This document shows, one piece after another, positions 7,171 to 16,833 of a stretch of DNA of 64,000 bases (within the stretch, counting starts at the first letter, position 1; the number at the start of each line of letters is the position of its first letter). This DNA is from Bacilli bacterium (GTDB lineage Bacteria > Bacillota_I > Bacilli_A > RFN20 > CAG-826), in the NCBI GenBank assembly GCA_017940265.1, contig JAGAYY010000031.1, forward strand, positions 9,151 through 73,150. The letters run 5' to 3'. The translations under genes were made by a program, and so were the position numbers. The notes below the pieces were generated by a model. That model did not search any database and was not told the DNA's origin. It saw only the letters and a list, made by a program, of their open reading frames with translations.

Positions 7171-8310
7171 CTATTTTTTCTCCGTGTCTATGACTTCACT
7201 ATTGATAACACCATCTTTTAAGATGGTTCTAATCTTTTGTCCTTTTTTAACTTGTCTTATATCGCTCACTGGCTTACCTTGCTCATCAACAGTTAAGGAG
7301 AAGCCACGATTAATCACATTATCAGGATTAAGAGCCTCTAAAGCGACTTTCTTATGGGCTAATAGTTCTTTATAATGGCTCACTAATTGTCTAATTTCTA
7401 AATCTAAATCTTCTTTATAAGAAGATAAATCATCTTTCATTCCTTGAATACGGCTCTTTAAACTTTCTTCCATATCCTGTAAAGCGAATGAGAGCTTTTC
7501 TTCTATTTCTCTGCGGTCCACAGTAGCGAGTTCCGCTGCCGCTGTTGGAGTAGATGCACGCTTATCAGCGACAAAATCGACGAGTGTGGAATCTATTTCA
7601 TGGCCAATACAGGCGATTACAGGCGTTTTGCTATTAGCAATGGCTCGTACTAATGCTTCATCATTAAAAGCGCTTAAATCCTCGCTAGCGCCACCTCCAC
7701 GGCCAATTAGAAGTGTGTCTAAAGGATAAGTCTGGGCTAACCCAAATGCTTTAAGTAATTCTTTAGGAGCGTTTTCACCTTGTACCGCACTATAAAAGAC
7801 ATAAATATCAGCGATTGGATATCTTCTTTTGATGTTGAATAAGATGTCCTTAATAGCCGCACTATTAGGGGCGGTAATAACACCAATCGCATTTGGATAA
7901 AGATTTATCTTTCTTTTCCTAGATTCATCGAACAAACCTTCTTCTAGGAGTTTCTTTTTAAGCTTTTCTAGTTCTAAAAGTTGTTGGCCAGCGCCTACTT
8001 CTTCCATTTGATAGACGATGATTTGATATGTGCCTCTACCAGGATAGGCATCAACTGAACCAAAGACGACAACTTCTTGACCGTTTTCTGGTTTAAAGTT
8101 GATTCTACCGGCGTAGTTAGAAAACATCATTGCCCCAATTAAGGATTTTTCATCCTTAAGAGAAAAATAAAAATGACCGTTACTAGCCATTTTAAAATTA
8201 GAGATTTCTCCTTTAACGTAGATGTATTTTAAATTTTCATCACTGCTAATGAGAGCTTTAATGTATTGGTTGATATCGCTGACTGTAAAGACTGGGCGAT
8301 CTTGGTTCAT
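7171..8310 (-). CDS. xseA: Exodeoxyribonuclease VII large subunit
   Basis: It has an N-terminal OB fold (VKGEISNFK..SGHFYFSLKD), then a catalytic region (RGGGS.EDL..FN.E) and a coiled-coil tail. Confidence 0.9.
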   Translation of the reverse strand: MNQDRPVFTVSDINQYIKALISSDENLKYIYVKGEISNFKMASNGHFYFSLKDEKSLIGAMMFSNYAGRINFKPENGQEVVVFGSVDAYPGRGTYQIIVYQMEEVGAGQQLLELEKLKKKLLEEGLFDESRKRKINLYPNAIGVITAPNSAAIKDILFNIKRRYPIADIYVFYSAVQGENAPKELLKAFGLAQTYPLDTLLIGRGGGASEDLSAFNDEALVRAIANSKTPVIACIGHEIDSTLVDFVADKRASTPTAAAELATVDRREIEEKLSFALQDMEESLKSRIQGMKDDLSSYKEDLDLEIRQLVSHYKELLAHKKVALEALNPDNVINRGFSLTVDEQGKPVSDIRQVKKGQKIRTILKDGVINSEVIDTEKK

Positions 8311-8732
8311 TATAAGACCTCATCAAGAATAGCGTTGATAAACTTCGCTTGTTTCTCTTCGATATATTTTTTAGCGAGTTCAACTGCGGTATTAATAACG
8401 ATACGTTTATCAATCTTTTCTACATAGTAGAAATGAGCGTAACTCATTAATAGGACTGCTTGTGTTAATAATGGTAATCTTTCCCATTTCCAGTTTCTTA
8501 AGTGAGGTTGGAAAGCGCAGATAATCGCACCATAGTTATTTAAGACACTAGAAATCATGTTTTGTACATAAGCACTATGTTCCTTAAACGAACGAGGATC
8601 ATCAGTCATCTCAGTGATGATTTCATCAACATCACGGAAGTTATGTTCCCTGCTTGCCACTTGGTCAGCAATCTCGTCATAGATGACGGTCATGATTATA
8701 AAGTTTTCTTGATTACGAGATATTTTTTCCAT
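8310..8732 (-). CDS. nusB: Transcription antitermination factor NusB
   Basis: 140 aa with NusB-like helices. It sits in the conserved asp23-nusB-xseA-xseB order and its stop overlaps the xseA start. Confidence 0.8.
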   Translation of the reverse strand: MEKISRNQENFIIMTVIYDEIADQVASREHNFRDVDEIITEMTDDPRSFKEHSAYVQNMISSVLNNYGAIICAFQPHLRNWKWERLPLLTQAVLLMSYAHFYYVEKIDKRIVINTAVELAKKYIEEKQAKFINAILDEVL

Positions 8733-8752
8733 AAAAAAAGACTGTTAATAAA

Positions 8753-9094
8753 TTAAATGATTGATATAACTTTGACTTGCACGTCAAATGGTACCTGTTC
8801 AGTGGCCATTAAGAAAGCGTTAGTGATTTCATCTTGGATATTATGAGTCACTTCTTGTAAATTTGTGCCTTTAGCGACATCCACTGCGACCCAAACGTGA
8901 ACAATACCACGTCTAATTGTGGTTTGTACTGGTCTATTAAGACGAATCTTTTGATTACGTTTCATATGGGCACTGCTCATGGAGATGCCTTTAACGCTCG
9001 CTAAAGCATTTGTCACTAATGCATCGAAGACATTGAGTGAGATAGCGATTTTACCTTTATTTGAGTAGTTATCAATATAGACGTAGTCTGCCAT
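8753..9094 (-). CDS. Asp23/Gls24-family alkaline shock protein
   Basis: 113 aa. GKIAIS..VF..L...A...V.G and the position upstream of nusB match the YqhY-type Asp23 family. Confidence 0.75.
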   Translation of the reverse strand: MADYVYIDNYSNKGKIAISLNVFDALVTNALASVKGISMSSAHMKRNQKIRLNRPVQTTIRRGIVHVWVAVDVAKGTNLQEVTHNIQDEITNAFLMATEQVPFDVQVKVISII

Positions 9095-9166
9095 AATCTG
9101 TACCTACTAATAATATATCTTAAATATATTCGTTTGTAAAAGAAGAAAGTGGAAAAGTTTTCAGCG

Positions 9167-9195
9167 ATTATAGTCACTTCCACTTCTTTTAGCAA
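9167..9195 (-). promoter_or_regulatory. Candidate sigma-A promoter of the asp23-nusB-xseAB operon
   Basis: On the minus strand: TTGCTA, a 17-nt spacer, then TATAAT. Confidence 0.4.
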
Positions 9196-9417
9196 GCAAA
9201 TAAAAACAATTCTTTTTACTTGCAAACTGACCTTCAAAAGTCTATACGCATAATGCGTAAGCGTATACGCGTGTACACGAACCGTGGGGTGTAAGATTTG
9301 TCAAACGTTTTTGGAAGAATTTTTGCCCACGCGAAAAAAGGAAAAATACTTGACTTAAAAGGCTTATTAATGTATTTTCCTTTTTATATATAAAAAGGAG
9401 TGGTGGTGGAGACTATC

Positions 9418-9443
9418 AAAAAAAGAAGCGGTGGTCCCGCTTC
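9418..9443 (-). terminator. Terminator of tkt
   Basis: GAAGCGG-gacca-CCGCTTC hairpin followed by a 7-T run on the minus strand. Confidence 0.75.
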
Positions 9444-9463
9444 TAATTTTGCGTTTTGTTTAA

Positions 9464-11437
9464 TTATTTAAGTTTTTCAACAACACCAGCGACAAATTCT
9501 GGAGTGAAGTTGAATTTCTTAAAGACATCTTTTGCTGGAGCACTGGCGCCGAATTGATCTAAGCCAATGTTTGTATCAGCGTATTTGGCCCAACCAAATG
9601 TGGAAAGCATTTCGATAGAAACACATTTTTCCTTTGGAAGGTTGATGACACTCTTCTTATAAGCTTCATCTTGTTTTTCAAAATATGACCAGCATGGCAT
9701 AGAGACGACTCTCACATCAATACCCTTTTCAAGTAATAAGGCTTGAGCGGCGACCGCTAAGCTTACTTCACTACCTGTCGCGATTAAAACAAAGTCGGCT
9801 TTCTTTTGTTCTTTAGAAACAACATATGCACCACGCTTTAAGGCTTCACCATCACTTTCCTTTAATAAAGGAAGATTTTGACGGGACAAGATAATGGCGG
9901 TTGGATGATTCTTACTTTGTAAAGCGGCAAACCATGCACCATATGTTTCTCTTTCATCGGCTGGTCTAATAACATCCATATTTGGAATGCTACGTAACAT
10001 CGCTAATTGTTCGATTGGTTGATGTGTTGGACCATCTTCGCCTACGGCGATACTATCGTGAGATAATAAATAGATGGCTGGAACATGACTTAAGCAAGCC
10101 ATTCTAATGGCTGGTTTCATGTAATCAGAGAAAACGAAGAATGCACCGACATAACTACGTACACCACCGTGTAAGAGCATACCGTTTTGTGCACTCGCCA
10201 TTGCGAATTCACGAATGCCCCAGTTGATGTTGTGACCTTCTCTATTGTTGGCATCGAAGTTTGCACCATTATCGAGTTTGGTCATAACTGAACCGGCAAC
10301 GTCAGCGGAACCACCATATAAGTTTGGTATGGAAAGCATTAAGTAATTTAAGGCTTTGCCAGAGGCAACACGAGTGGATGTAGAAGAACCTTCAGCGAAG
10401 TCTGGATAAACACCTGGTAAGTATTTATCGACATCAACACCGTTTAAGGAAATGAAACGATCATATTCATCTTTGGTCTTCTTATCAGCGGATAATTTTG
10501 CTAAGGCATCATTATAGGCCTTAAGAGCTTTTTCGCCACGCGCACCAAAGGTGTTAGCGAATAAATCATATACTTCTTGTGGGACATAGAAGTCTTCATG
10601 GTCGAAACCATAGGATAACTTCGCGGCTTTGCCGTCTTCTGCGCCTAATGGGTTACCATGGACTTTATTTGTGCCTTGTTTTGCACTACCATAACCGATC
10701 ACGGTATGGATCATAATCATTGTTGGTTTGTCTTTGCTCTTTTTAGCTTTGCTAATAGCGGCATCGATAGCATCGACATCATTACCATCAGCAACTTCTA
10801 AGACATCCCATTCACTCGCTAAGAACCTAGCTTTAACTTGTTCGGAGAATGATAAATCTAAGGCACCATCAAGTGTAACTTGGTTAGCGTCGTAAAGAAG
10901 AATCATCTTATTGAGTTTTAAGTGACCGGCTAAGGAGATAGCTTCTTGAGAGATACCTTCTTGTAAGCAGCCATCACCACATAAGGCGTATGTGTAGTGA
11001 TTGCAAACTTCATCGCCAAAGCTATAAAGCTTGTTAACCATTTGTTCCGCCATCGCCATACCAACGGCTTGGGAGATACCTTGTCCTAAAGGACCACTAG
11101 TGGCATCAACACCATCAGTCCAACCATATTCTGGGTGACCTGGAGTTAAGGAATCGATTTGACGGAATTGTTTCATGTCATCCATGCTGATTTTATAACC
11201 GCTTAAATGAAGCATTGTGTATAAAAGTGCGGATGCGTGACCAGCGGAGAGGACAAAACGGTCTCTATTGAACCATTTGCTGTCTTTTGGAGTGGCCACT
11301 AAATGCTTTGTGAATAAGGTGTACAAAGCAGGAGCGCTACCTAAGGCCATACCTGGGTGACCAGAGTTCGCTTTGTTAATTGTGTCAATGCACAATGATC
11401 TGATTGTGGCAATTGCTAATTGATCGTTTTTGTTCAT
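9464..11437 (-). CDS. tkt: Transketolase
   Basis: 657 aa. It has a ThDP motif region (GHPG, GDGCLQEG) and the transketolase signature SHDSIAVGEDGPTHQPIEQL. Confidence 0.95.
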   Translation of the reverse strand: MNKNDQLAIATIRSLCIDTINKANSGHPGMALGSAPALYTLFTKHLVATPKDSKWFNRDRFVLSAGHASALLYTMLHLSGYKISMDDMKQFRQIDSLTPGHPEYGWTDGVDATSGPLGQGISQAVGMAMAEQMVNKLYSFGDEVCNHYTYALCGDGCLQEGISQEAISLAGHLKLNKMILLYDANQVTLDGALDLSFSEQVKARFLASEWDVLEVADGNDVDAIDAAISKAKKSKDKPTMIMIHTVIGYGSAKQGTNKVHGNPLGAEDGKAAKLSYGFDHEDFYVPQEVYDLFANTFGARGEKALKAYNDALAKLSADKKTKDEYDRFISLNGVDVDKYLPGVYPDFAEGSSTSTRVASGKALNYLMLSIPNLYGGSADVAGSVMTKLDNGANFDANNREGHNINWGIREFAMASAQNGMLLHGGVRSYVGAFFVFSDYMKPAIRMACLSHVPAIYLLSHDSIAVGEDGPTHQPIEQLAMLRSIPNMDVIRPADERETYGAWFAALQSKNHPTAIILSRQNLPLLKESDGEALKRGAYVVSKEQKKADFVLIATGSEVSLAVAAQALLLEKGIDVRVVSMPCWSYFEKQDEAYKKSVINLPKEKCVSIEMLSTFGWAKYADTNIGLDQFGASAPAKDVFKKFNFTPEFVAGVVEKLK

Positions 11438-11502
11438 GTTTTTACCTCTGTAATTAGTAATTATTTAGTATTTTAATAGTTTTTGTATAACTATGTTATA
11501 AC

Positions 11503-13227
11503 CTAGTTGTCGAATTTGATGCCTAATTCATCAAGTTGCGCTTGTGTAACGCTTGTTGGCGCATTGGTCATTGGGTCCACCGCCGCTAAGTTCTTAGGGA
11601 AGGCAATGACATCACGAATGTTGTCTGTACCACCTAAAATCATCGCTAATCTGTCTAAGCCAAAGGCCATACCAGCGTGTGGAGGTGTGCCGTATTGTAA
11701 GGCATCGACGAAGTAACCAAATCTCTCTTTGATTTCTTCATCACTTAAGCCCAAGACTTCAAAGATTTTTCTTTGCATATCTTGGTTATAAATACGAAGA
11801 GTGCCACCACCAGCTTCATAACCATTAATGACAATGTCATAAGCGTAGCTTAAGACTTTGGTTGGATCTGTGTCTAAGTATTTGACATCTTCGTCTCTTG
11901 GACGGGTGAAAGGATGGTGAGTCGCAACAATTGCCCCACTTTCCACATCTCTTTCAAACATTGGGAAGTCAATGACCCATAATAAATCAAAGGTTCCTTC
12001 TTTGATGAGACCAAGTTCACGTCCGTACTTTAAGCGTAGCGCACCTAATAAAGGCGTAACACGATTATCATTGCCTGCAGCGATGATTAATATGTCATTA
12101 TCCTTGAGCGCTAATCTTTCATTTAAGGCCTTAATTTCGGCTTCAGAAAGGAATTTTACGAAGGAACCGGTTAATTCCCCGTTTTCTTTCTTAAGAACGG
12201 TTAAACCGCCTAAACCGAACTTCTTGGCTTCTAATGTTAAGCCATCAATAACTTTACGGCTTGTTTGGCCCGCTACACCATTAACGACAATAGCCTTAAT
12301 GGCTTCTGCGGTTTGATAACCAGCGAAAGTCGTATCTTTAAATATATCTTTAATATTATTTAATTCGATGCCGAATCTTGTATCTGGTTTATCGCTACCG
12401 AATCTATCCATGGCTTCTTTATAAGTCATTTGTCTAAGCGGAAGCTTCACATCGTAGTTAATCGTGGCTTTAAAGATGTCTTTAATGAGTTCTTCCATTA
12501 AAGTTAAGAATTGATTTTGATCTAAGAAACTTGTTTCAACGTCGATTTGGGTGAAATCAGGTTGACGGTCCGCTCTTAAGTCTTCGTCTCTAAAGCATCT
12601 CGCGATTTGATAATATCTTTCAAAGCCGGCAACCATAAGGAGTTGTTTAAACATTTGTGGGCTTTGTGGCAAAGCATAGAATTGACCTTTATGCACACGG
12701 GATGGCACTAAGTACTCTTTAGCGCCTTCTGGAGAAGAGGCACAGAGCATTGGTGTTTCAATTTCGATGAAGTGATGACGATGCATAAAACTATGTGTGG
12801 TCATCTTAATTGTGTCGCGCACATCGAAATAATGTTGCATACAAGGACGACGTAAGTCGAGATAGCGATATTTAAGTCTGGTGTCTTCAAGAGCATCAGT
12901 TTCATCAGCGATGATTAAAGGTGTAGTTTTCGCTGTGTTCAACAAAACTACTTCACTAGCGATAACTTCGATTTCACCACTTTTGAGTTTAGGATTAGCG
13001 ACCGCTCTTTTGGCGACTTCGCCTTTCACTTGAATGACGTATTCATTTCTGACATCAGGAATTTCTACGTTGTCGTTAACGACAATTTGGATCAAACCGT
13101 AACGGTCTCTTAAATCGATAAAGAGTAAAGATCCAAGATTTCTTCTTTTGCTGACCCAACCAAGGAGGATGACTTTCTCACCAACATTAGCTAAGCCAAG
13201 TTCGTTGCTGTAATGGCTTCTTTCCAT
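11503..13227 (-). CDS. aspS: Aspartate--tRNA ligase
   Basis: 574 aa with an OB anticodon-binding N-terminus and class II motifs (FRDEDLRADRQPDFTQID, GGGTLRI, GLDRL). Confidence 0.95.
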   Translation of the reverse strand: MERSHYSNELGLANVGEKVILLGWVSKRRNLGSLLFIDLRDRYGLIQIVVNDNVEIPDVRNEYVIQVKGEVAKRAVANPKLKSGEIEVIASEVVLLNTAKTTPLIIADETDALEDTRLKYRYLDLRRPCMQHYFDVRDTIKMTTHSFMHRHHFIEIETPMLCASSPEGAKEYLVPSRVHKGQFYALPQSPQMFKQLLMVAGFERYYQIARCFRDEDLRADRQPDFTQIDVETSFLDQNQFLTLMEELIKDIFKATINYDVKLPLRQMTYKEAMDRFGSDKPDTRFGIELNNIKDIFKDTTFAGYQTAEAIKAIVVNGVAGQTSRKVIDGLTLEAKKFGLGGLTVLKKENGELTGSFVKFLSEAEIKALNERLALKDNDILIIAAGNDNRVTPLLGALRLKYGRELGLIKEGTFDLLWVIDFPMFERDVESGAIVATHHPFTRPRDEDVKYLDTDPTKVLSYAYDIVINGYEAGGGTLRIYNQDMQRKIFEVLGLSDEEIKERFGYFVDALQYGTPPHAGMAFGLDRLAMILGGTDNIRDVIAFPKNLAAVDPMTNAPTSVTQAQLDELGIKFDN

Positions 13228-13247
13228 AATACTACCTACCTTTGTGA

Positions 13248-14537
13248 TTAATCACAAAATTCTTCACCCATTTCAGTGGAAATGGTTTCTATTAATTTAT
13301 CTAGTTCACAACTCTTTTGTTCAGTTGTTTCTAGATTTTTAATAACAACTTGTTGTTTGCTCACTTCATCTTCACCGATGATAATGGCAAACTTCGCGCC
13401 TTTTCTTTCAGCGCGCTTAAACATATTACCGAGTTTGACATCCTCAAAGCAGATATCAGTACGATAGCCAGATAATCTAAGTTCACTAGCGACTTGTTGG
13501 GCCATGGTCTTGGCCTCAACTCCTAATGGCATCACATAGATTTCAACATTTGTGTTGATATTATCTGGTAATAGTTCATCATCTTTAAGAACGGAATATA
13601 ATCTTTCGACACCGAAAGAGAATCCCACACCAGCGGCATCTGGACCACCGATTTCTTTGACGAGTTTGTCATAGTGACCACCAGCGCCAATCGCGCCATA
13701 ATCATTACCGGTCTTAGAGACATAATGGAATTCAAAGACGGTTTCAGTGTAGTAGTCTAAGCCTCTCACTAAAGTATCGTCTACTTCGTAAGGGATATCT
13801 AAAGCATCTAATAATTCAAGGACTCTTGCAAATCTTGCTTTAGCAGCGTCACTTAAATAATCCTTCATCTTAGGAGCACCTTTAACGATTTCTTGATCTT
13901 CTGGAACCTTGCAGTCGAGAATTCTTAAAGGATTAAGTTCATAACGGCTATGGCAGTCTGGGCACATCTTATCTAAGTGCTTAGCAAAATAAGCTTTAAG
14001 GGCTTCTTTATAAGCGTTTCTAGATTCATCATCGCCTAAGGTATTAATGGCGATTTTAACGTTTTCTAAGTTCAAGGAACTTAAGATTGTGTACGCTAAA
14101 GTGATGACTTCAACATCGATTTCAGGAGTGTTGTTGCCTACTGCTTCCACACCGAATTGGTTGAACTGTCTATATCTACCTAATTGTGGTCTTTCATAAC
14201 GGAAGACTGGACCACAGTAATAAACCTTATAAGGAAGTTCGTTAGTGGCTAATAACTTATTTTGCACGATTAAACGCATAATACCGGCGGTAAATTCTGG
14301 GCGTAAGGTGATAGAACGATCAGCTTTATCGTTAAATGTGTACATTTCCTTACGGACGATGTCACTACCTTCACCAACACCACGGACAAATAACTCGCTA
14401 TGTTCCATGACTGGAGGTCTAACTTCGTTATAAGCGAATAATTCACAAATTTGTTTTAAAACATTTTCGATATAAGCGAAACCATTAGCTTCTTCACCAA
14501 TGATGTCGTGAGTACCTTTAACATTATTTGTTAACAT
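13248..14537 (-). CDS. hisS: Histidine--tRNA ligase
   Basis: 429 aa with class II motifs (FRYERPQLGRYRQFNQ, GGHYD) and an SD sequence AAGGAG upstream. Confidence 0.95.
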   Translation of the reverse strand: MLTNNVKGTHDIIGEEANGFAYIENVLKQICELFAYNEVRPPVMEHSELFVRGVGEGSDIVRKEMYTFNDKADRSITLRPEFTAGIMRLIVQNKLLATNELPYKVYYCGPVFRYERPQLGRYRQFNQFGVEAVGNNTPEIDVEVITLAYTILSSLNLENVKIAINTLGDDESRNAYKEALKAYFAKHLDKMCPDCHSRYELNPLRILDCKVPEDQEIVKGAPKMKDYLSDAAKARFARVLELLDALDIPYEVDDTLVRGLDYYTETVFEFHYVSKTGNDYGAIGAGGHYDKLVKEIGGPDAAGVGFSFGVERLYSVLKDDELLPDNINTNVEIYVMPLGVEAKTMAQQVASELRLSGYRTDICFEDVKLGNMFKRAERKGAKFAIIIGEDEVSKQQVVIKNLETTEQKSCELDKLIETISTEMGEEFCD

Positions 14538-14548
14538 ATCTTTTCTCC

Positions 14549-16759
14549 TTAATGAATGACACGGTCAATACGATAAACGCCGGTAATACCTTTTAACAAA
14601 ACAAAAATATCATGCAGACGTTTAGCGTCGCTAACCATGATAGTCGCGCTAATTGTCGCGGATAAGTTTTGGCTGTTACTTCTCGCGTGTAAGTTATTCA
14701 CGCCCACTTTCGCGTTTTGGAAGACCGCCATCACATCCATGAGCAAGTTATTTCTATCACTCGCTTCGATGATGATATCCACAGGATATGTGGCGAATTC
14801 AATATCGTCTCTCCAATAGACATCAATTAATCTTTCTTTTTCGTTAGCGATATTTGGGCAGTTTTTTCTATGCACGGATATGCCCTTACCACGTGTAATA
14901 TAGCCGATAATGTCGTCTCCTGGGACTGGAGTGCAGCAATTTGCTAAAGCAATGGCAATCTTACCAGCGCCTTTGATATAGACTGGACAATGATCGTTTT
15001 TATCAGTTTTACGTTTCGTGAAGTTAACTTCTAAGTTCACCGGACGCTTAATCTTTAAGAAATCAATGAGCGCACTAGCGGTTGGTTTTCTACCAGAGAC
15101 ACCGATAAATAATGAGTCAACATCTTGGAAATTGTAATAATCTAAGACTTTATCTGTATTGAGAAGCTTCATCATTTCATCTTCTTCAATGCCACGTTCA
15201 TGGAAGGCATCAACACAGCTTTGTTTACCTTTAGCGATTCTGTCTTCTCTCATCATCTCAGCGTTCTTTTTCGCAATATATTTTCTAATCGCCGTTTTTG
15301 CTGAGCTAGAAGCGACAAAGTCGAGCCAGCCTTCACTTGGCACAGAGTTCTTGCTAGTTTTGATTTCCACCATGTCACCAGTCTTAAGGACAGTGTTAAG
15401 TGGCACCATCACGCCATTGACGAGTGCGCCTGTACATTGGTCACCCACTTTCGTATGGATACGATAGGCAAAATCAACTGGTGTGCTTTCACTAGGAAGT
15501 TCCACGACCTTACCTTTTGGGGTGAACACATAAATATGTGATTCGAAGATATCACGGTTGAGATTGTCCATATATTCAGAGGCATTATCGTTTTCCGATT
15601 CGCTTGATAAGGAGACAAATTCTCTAAACCAGTGCAGTTTATTTTCGATTTCTTTTTGTTCTTGTTGTGAGTTATAGACACCTTCTTTATAAGCCCAGTG
15701 CGCAGCGATGCCGGTTTCGGCGATGCTGTCCATTTCTTTAGTTCTAATTTGGACTTCATAGAAGTTACCATCACCACCGACAATTGTGGTGTGTAATGAT
15801 TGATACATATTTGGTTTAGGCATCGCGATGTAATCTTTAAATCTACCAGGTACTGGCTTATACATTTGATGAATCAAACCAAGTATTTCATAACATTCGA
15901 TTTCAGTTTCCGTAATAATACGTAACGCTAAAATGTCGTAGATTTCTTCAAAAGGATGGCCTTTGATGTACATCTTACGATAAATAGAGTTAATGGATTT
16001 GACACGAGAAGAGATTTCAAAAGGAATCTTCTTTTCAAATAAGACATCGGCCACTCTTTTCTTTAAACCGTCAAGTGACTTTTGTAAAATCTTAGTCTTT
16101 TTACTAAGTAAACGCTTGATTTCAGCGAATTTCTCAGGTTCAAGATAAGAAATACATATGTCTTCCATTTCGCCTTTGATGATGTCTAAACCTAGACGTT
16201 CAGCGATTGGGGCAAAGACTTCCATAGTTTCTTTACAAATAGCGATTTGTCTTTCTCTTGATAAAGCGCCTAATGTTCTTAAGTTATGCAATCTATCAGC
16301 GAGTTTGATTAAAATGACACGGATATCTTTAGCCATGCCGATGAAGATTTTACGGTGATCTTCCGCTTCAAACTCTTCGCTAGTGATTTTGGATAATTTT
16401 AAACGTTGAATCTTTGTTAAAGCATCGACAATACGAGCGACTTCTTCTCCCCATCTCTTCTTGATATCTTCAATAGTGACATCAGTGTCTTCGACAACGT
16501 CATGTAATAAACCAGCGATAATGGTATTAGGACCAGATTGAAGGCTCGCTAAAATGTAGGCGACTTCGATAAGGTGATGATAATAAGGTTCACCACTTTT
16601 TCTTACTTGGCCTTGATGCTTTTCAATAATAAAATTATATGCCTCGAGGATTCTTCTTCTGTCTTCAGGAGAAGAGATGTAAAGCATATAGATATCTTCT
16701 ACTTCTTGAAAAGTGTGCAGTGGATAGCCACCGTTAACGGGAGGTTTCTTATTTTCCAT
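14549..16759 (-). CDS. relA: Bifunctional (p)ppGpp synthetase/hydrolase RelA/SpoT (Rel)
   Basis: 736 aa with an HD hydrolase domain (HDVVEDT), synthetase domain, TGS domain and C-terminal ACT domain. Confidence 0.95.
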   Translation of the reverse strand: MENKKPPVNGGYPLHTFQEVEDIYMLYISSPEDRRRILEAYNFIIEKHQGQVRKSGEPYYHHLIEVAYILASLQSGPNTIIAGLLHDVVEDTDVTIEDIKKRWGEEVARIVDALTKIQRLKLSKITSEEFEAEDHRKIFIGMAKDIRVILIKLADRLHNLRTLGALSRERQIAICKETMEVFAPIAERLGLDIIKGEMEDICISYLEPEKFAEIKRLLSKKTKILQKSLDGLKKRVADVLFEKKIPFEISSRVKSINSIYRKMYIKGHPFEEIYDILALRIITETEIECYEILGLIHQMYKPVPGRFKDYIAMPKPNMYQSLHTTIVGGDGNFYEVQIRTKEMDSIAETGIAAHWAYKEGVYNSQQEQKEIENKLHWFREFVSLSSESENDNASEYMDNLNRDIFESHIYVFTPKGKVVELPSESTPVDFAYRIHTKVGDQCTGALVNGVMVPLNTVLKTGDMVEIKTSKNSVPSEGWLDFVASSSAKTAIRKYIAKKNAEMMREDRIAKGKQSCVDAFHERGIEEDEMMKLLNTDKVLDYYNFQDVDSLFIGVSGRKPTASALIDFLKIKRPVNLEVNFTKRKTDKNDHCPVYIKGAGKIAIALANCCTPVPGDDIIGYITRGKGISVHRKNCPNIANEKERLIDVYWRDDIEFATYPVDIIIEASDRNNLLMDVMAVFQNAKVGVNNLHARSNSQNLSATISATIMVSDAKRLHDIFVLLKGITGVYRIDRVIH

Positions 16760-16794
16760 ACATATTATCTTAAATCATTTCCTTTAATTTTCTC

Positions 16795-16827
16795 AAGAAA
16801 ATAAAGAACTCTTATTAATAAAAGAGT
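16795..16827 (-). terminator. Terminator after the ABC exporter pair
   Basis: ACTCTT-ttattaat-AAGAGT hairpin followed by TCTTTATTTT on the minus strand. Confidence 0.55.
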
Positions 16828-16833
16828 ATAGAA

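Noticed and set aside
9350-9455. A plus-strand small-RNA candidate. It would consist of TTGACT-17-TATTTT, a perfect 20-bp palindrome (CCTTTTTATATATAAAAAGG) and then the tkt terminator hairpin read in reverse.
   Set aside because: The -10 is weak and the T-run after the hairpin on the plus strand is poor. The palindrome is pure A/T. It is equally well explained as spacer plus the bidirectional face of the tkt terminator.
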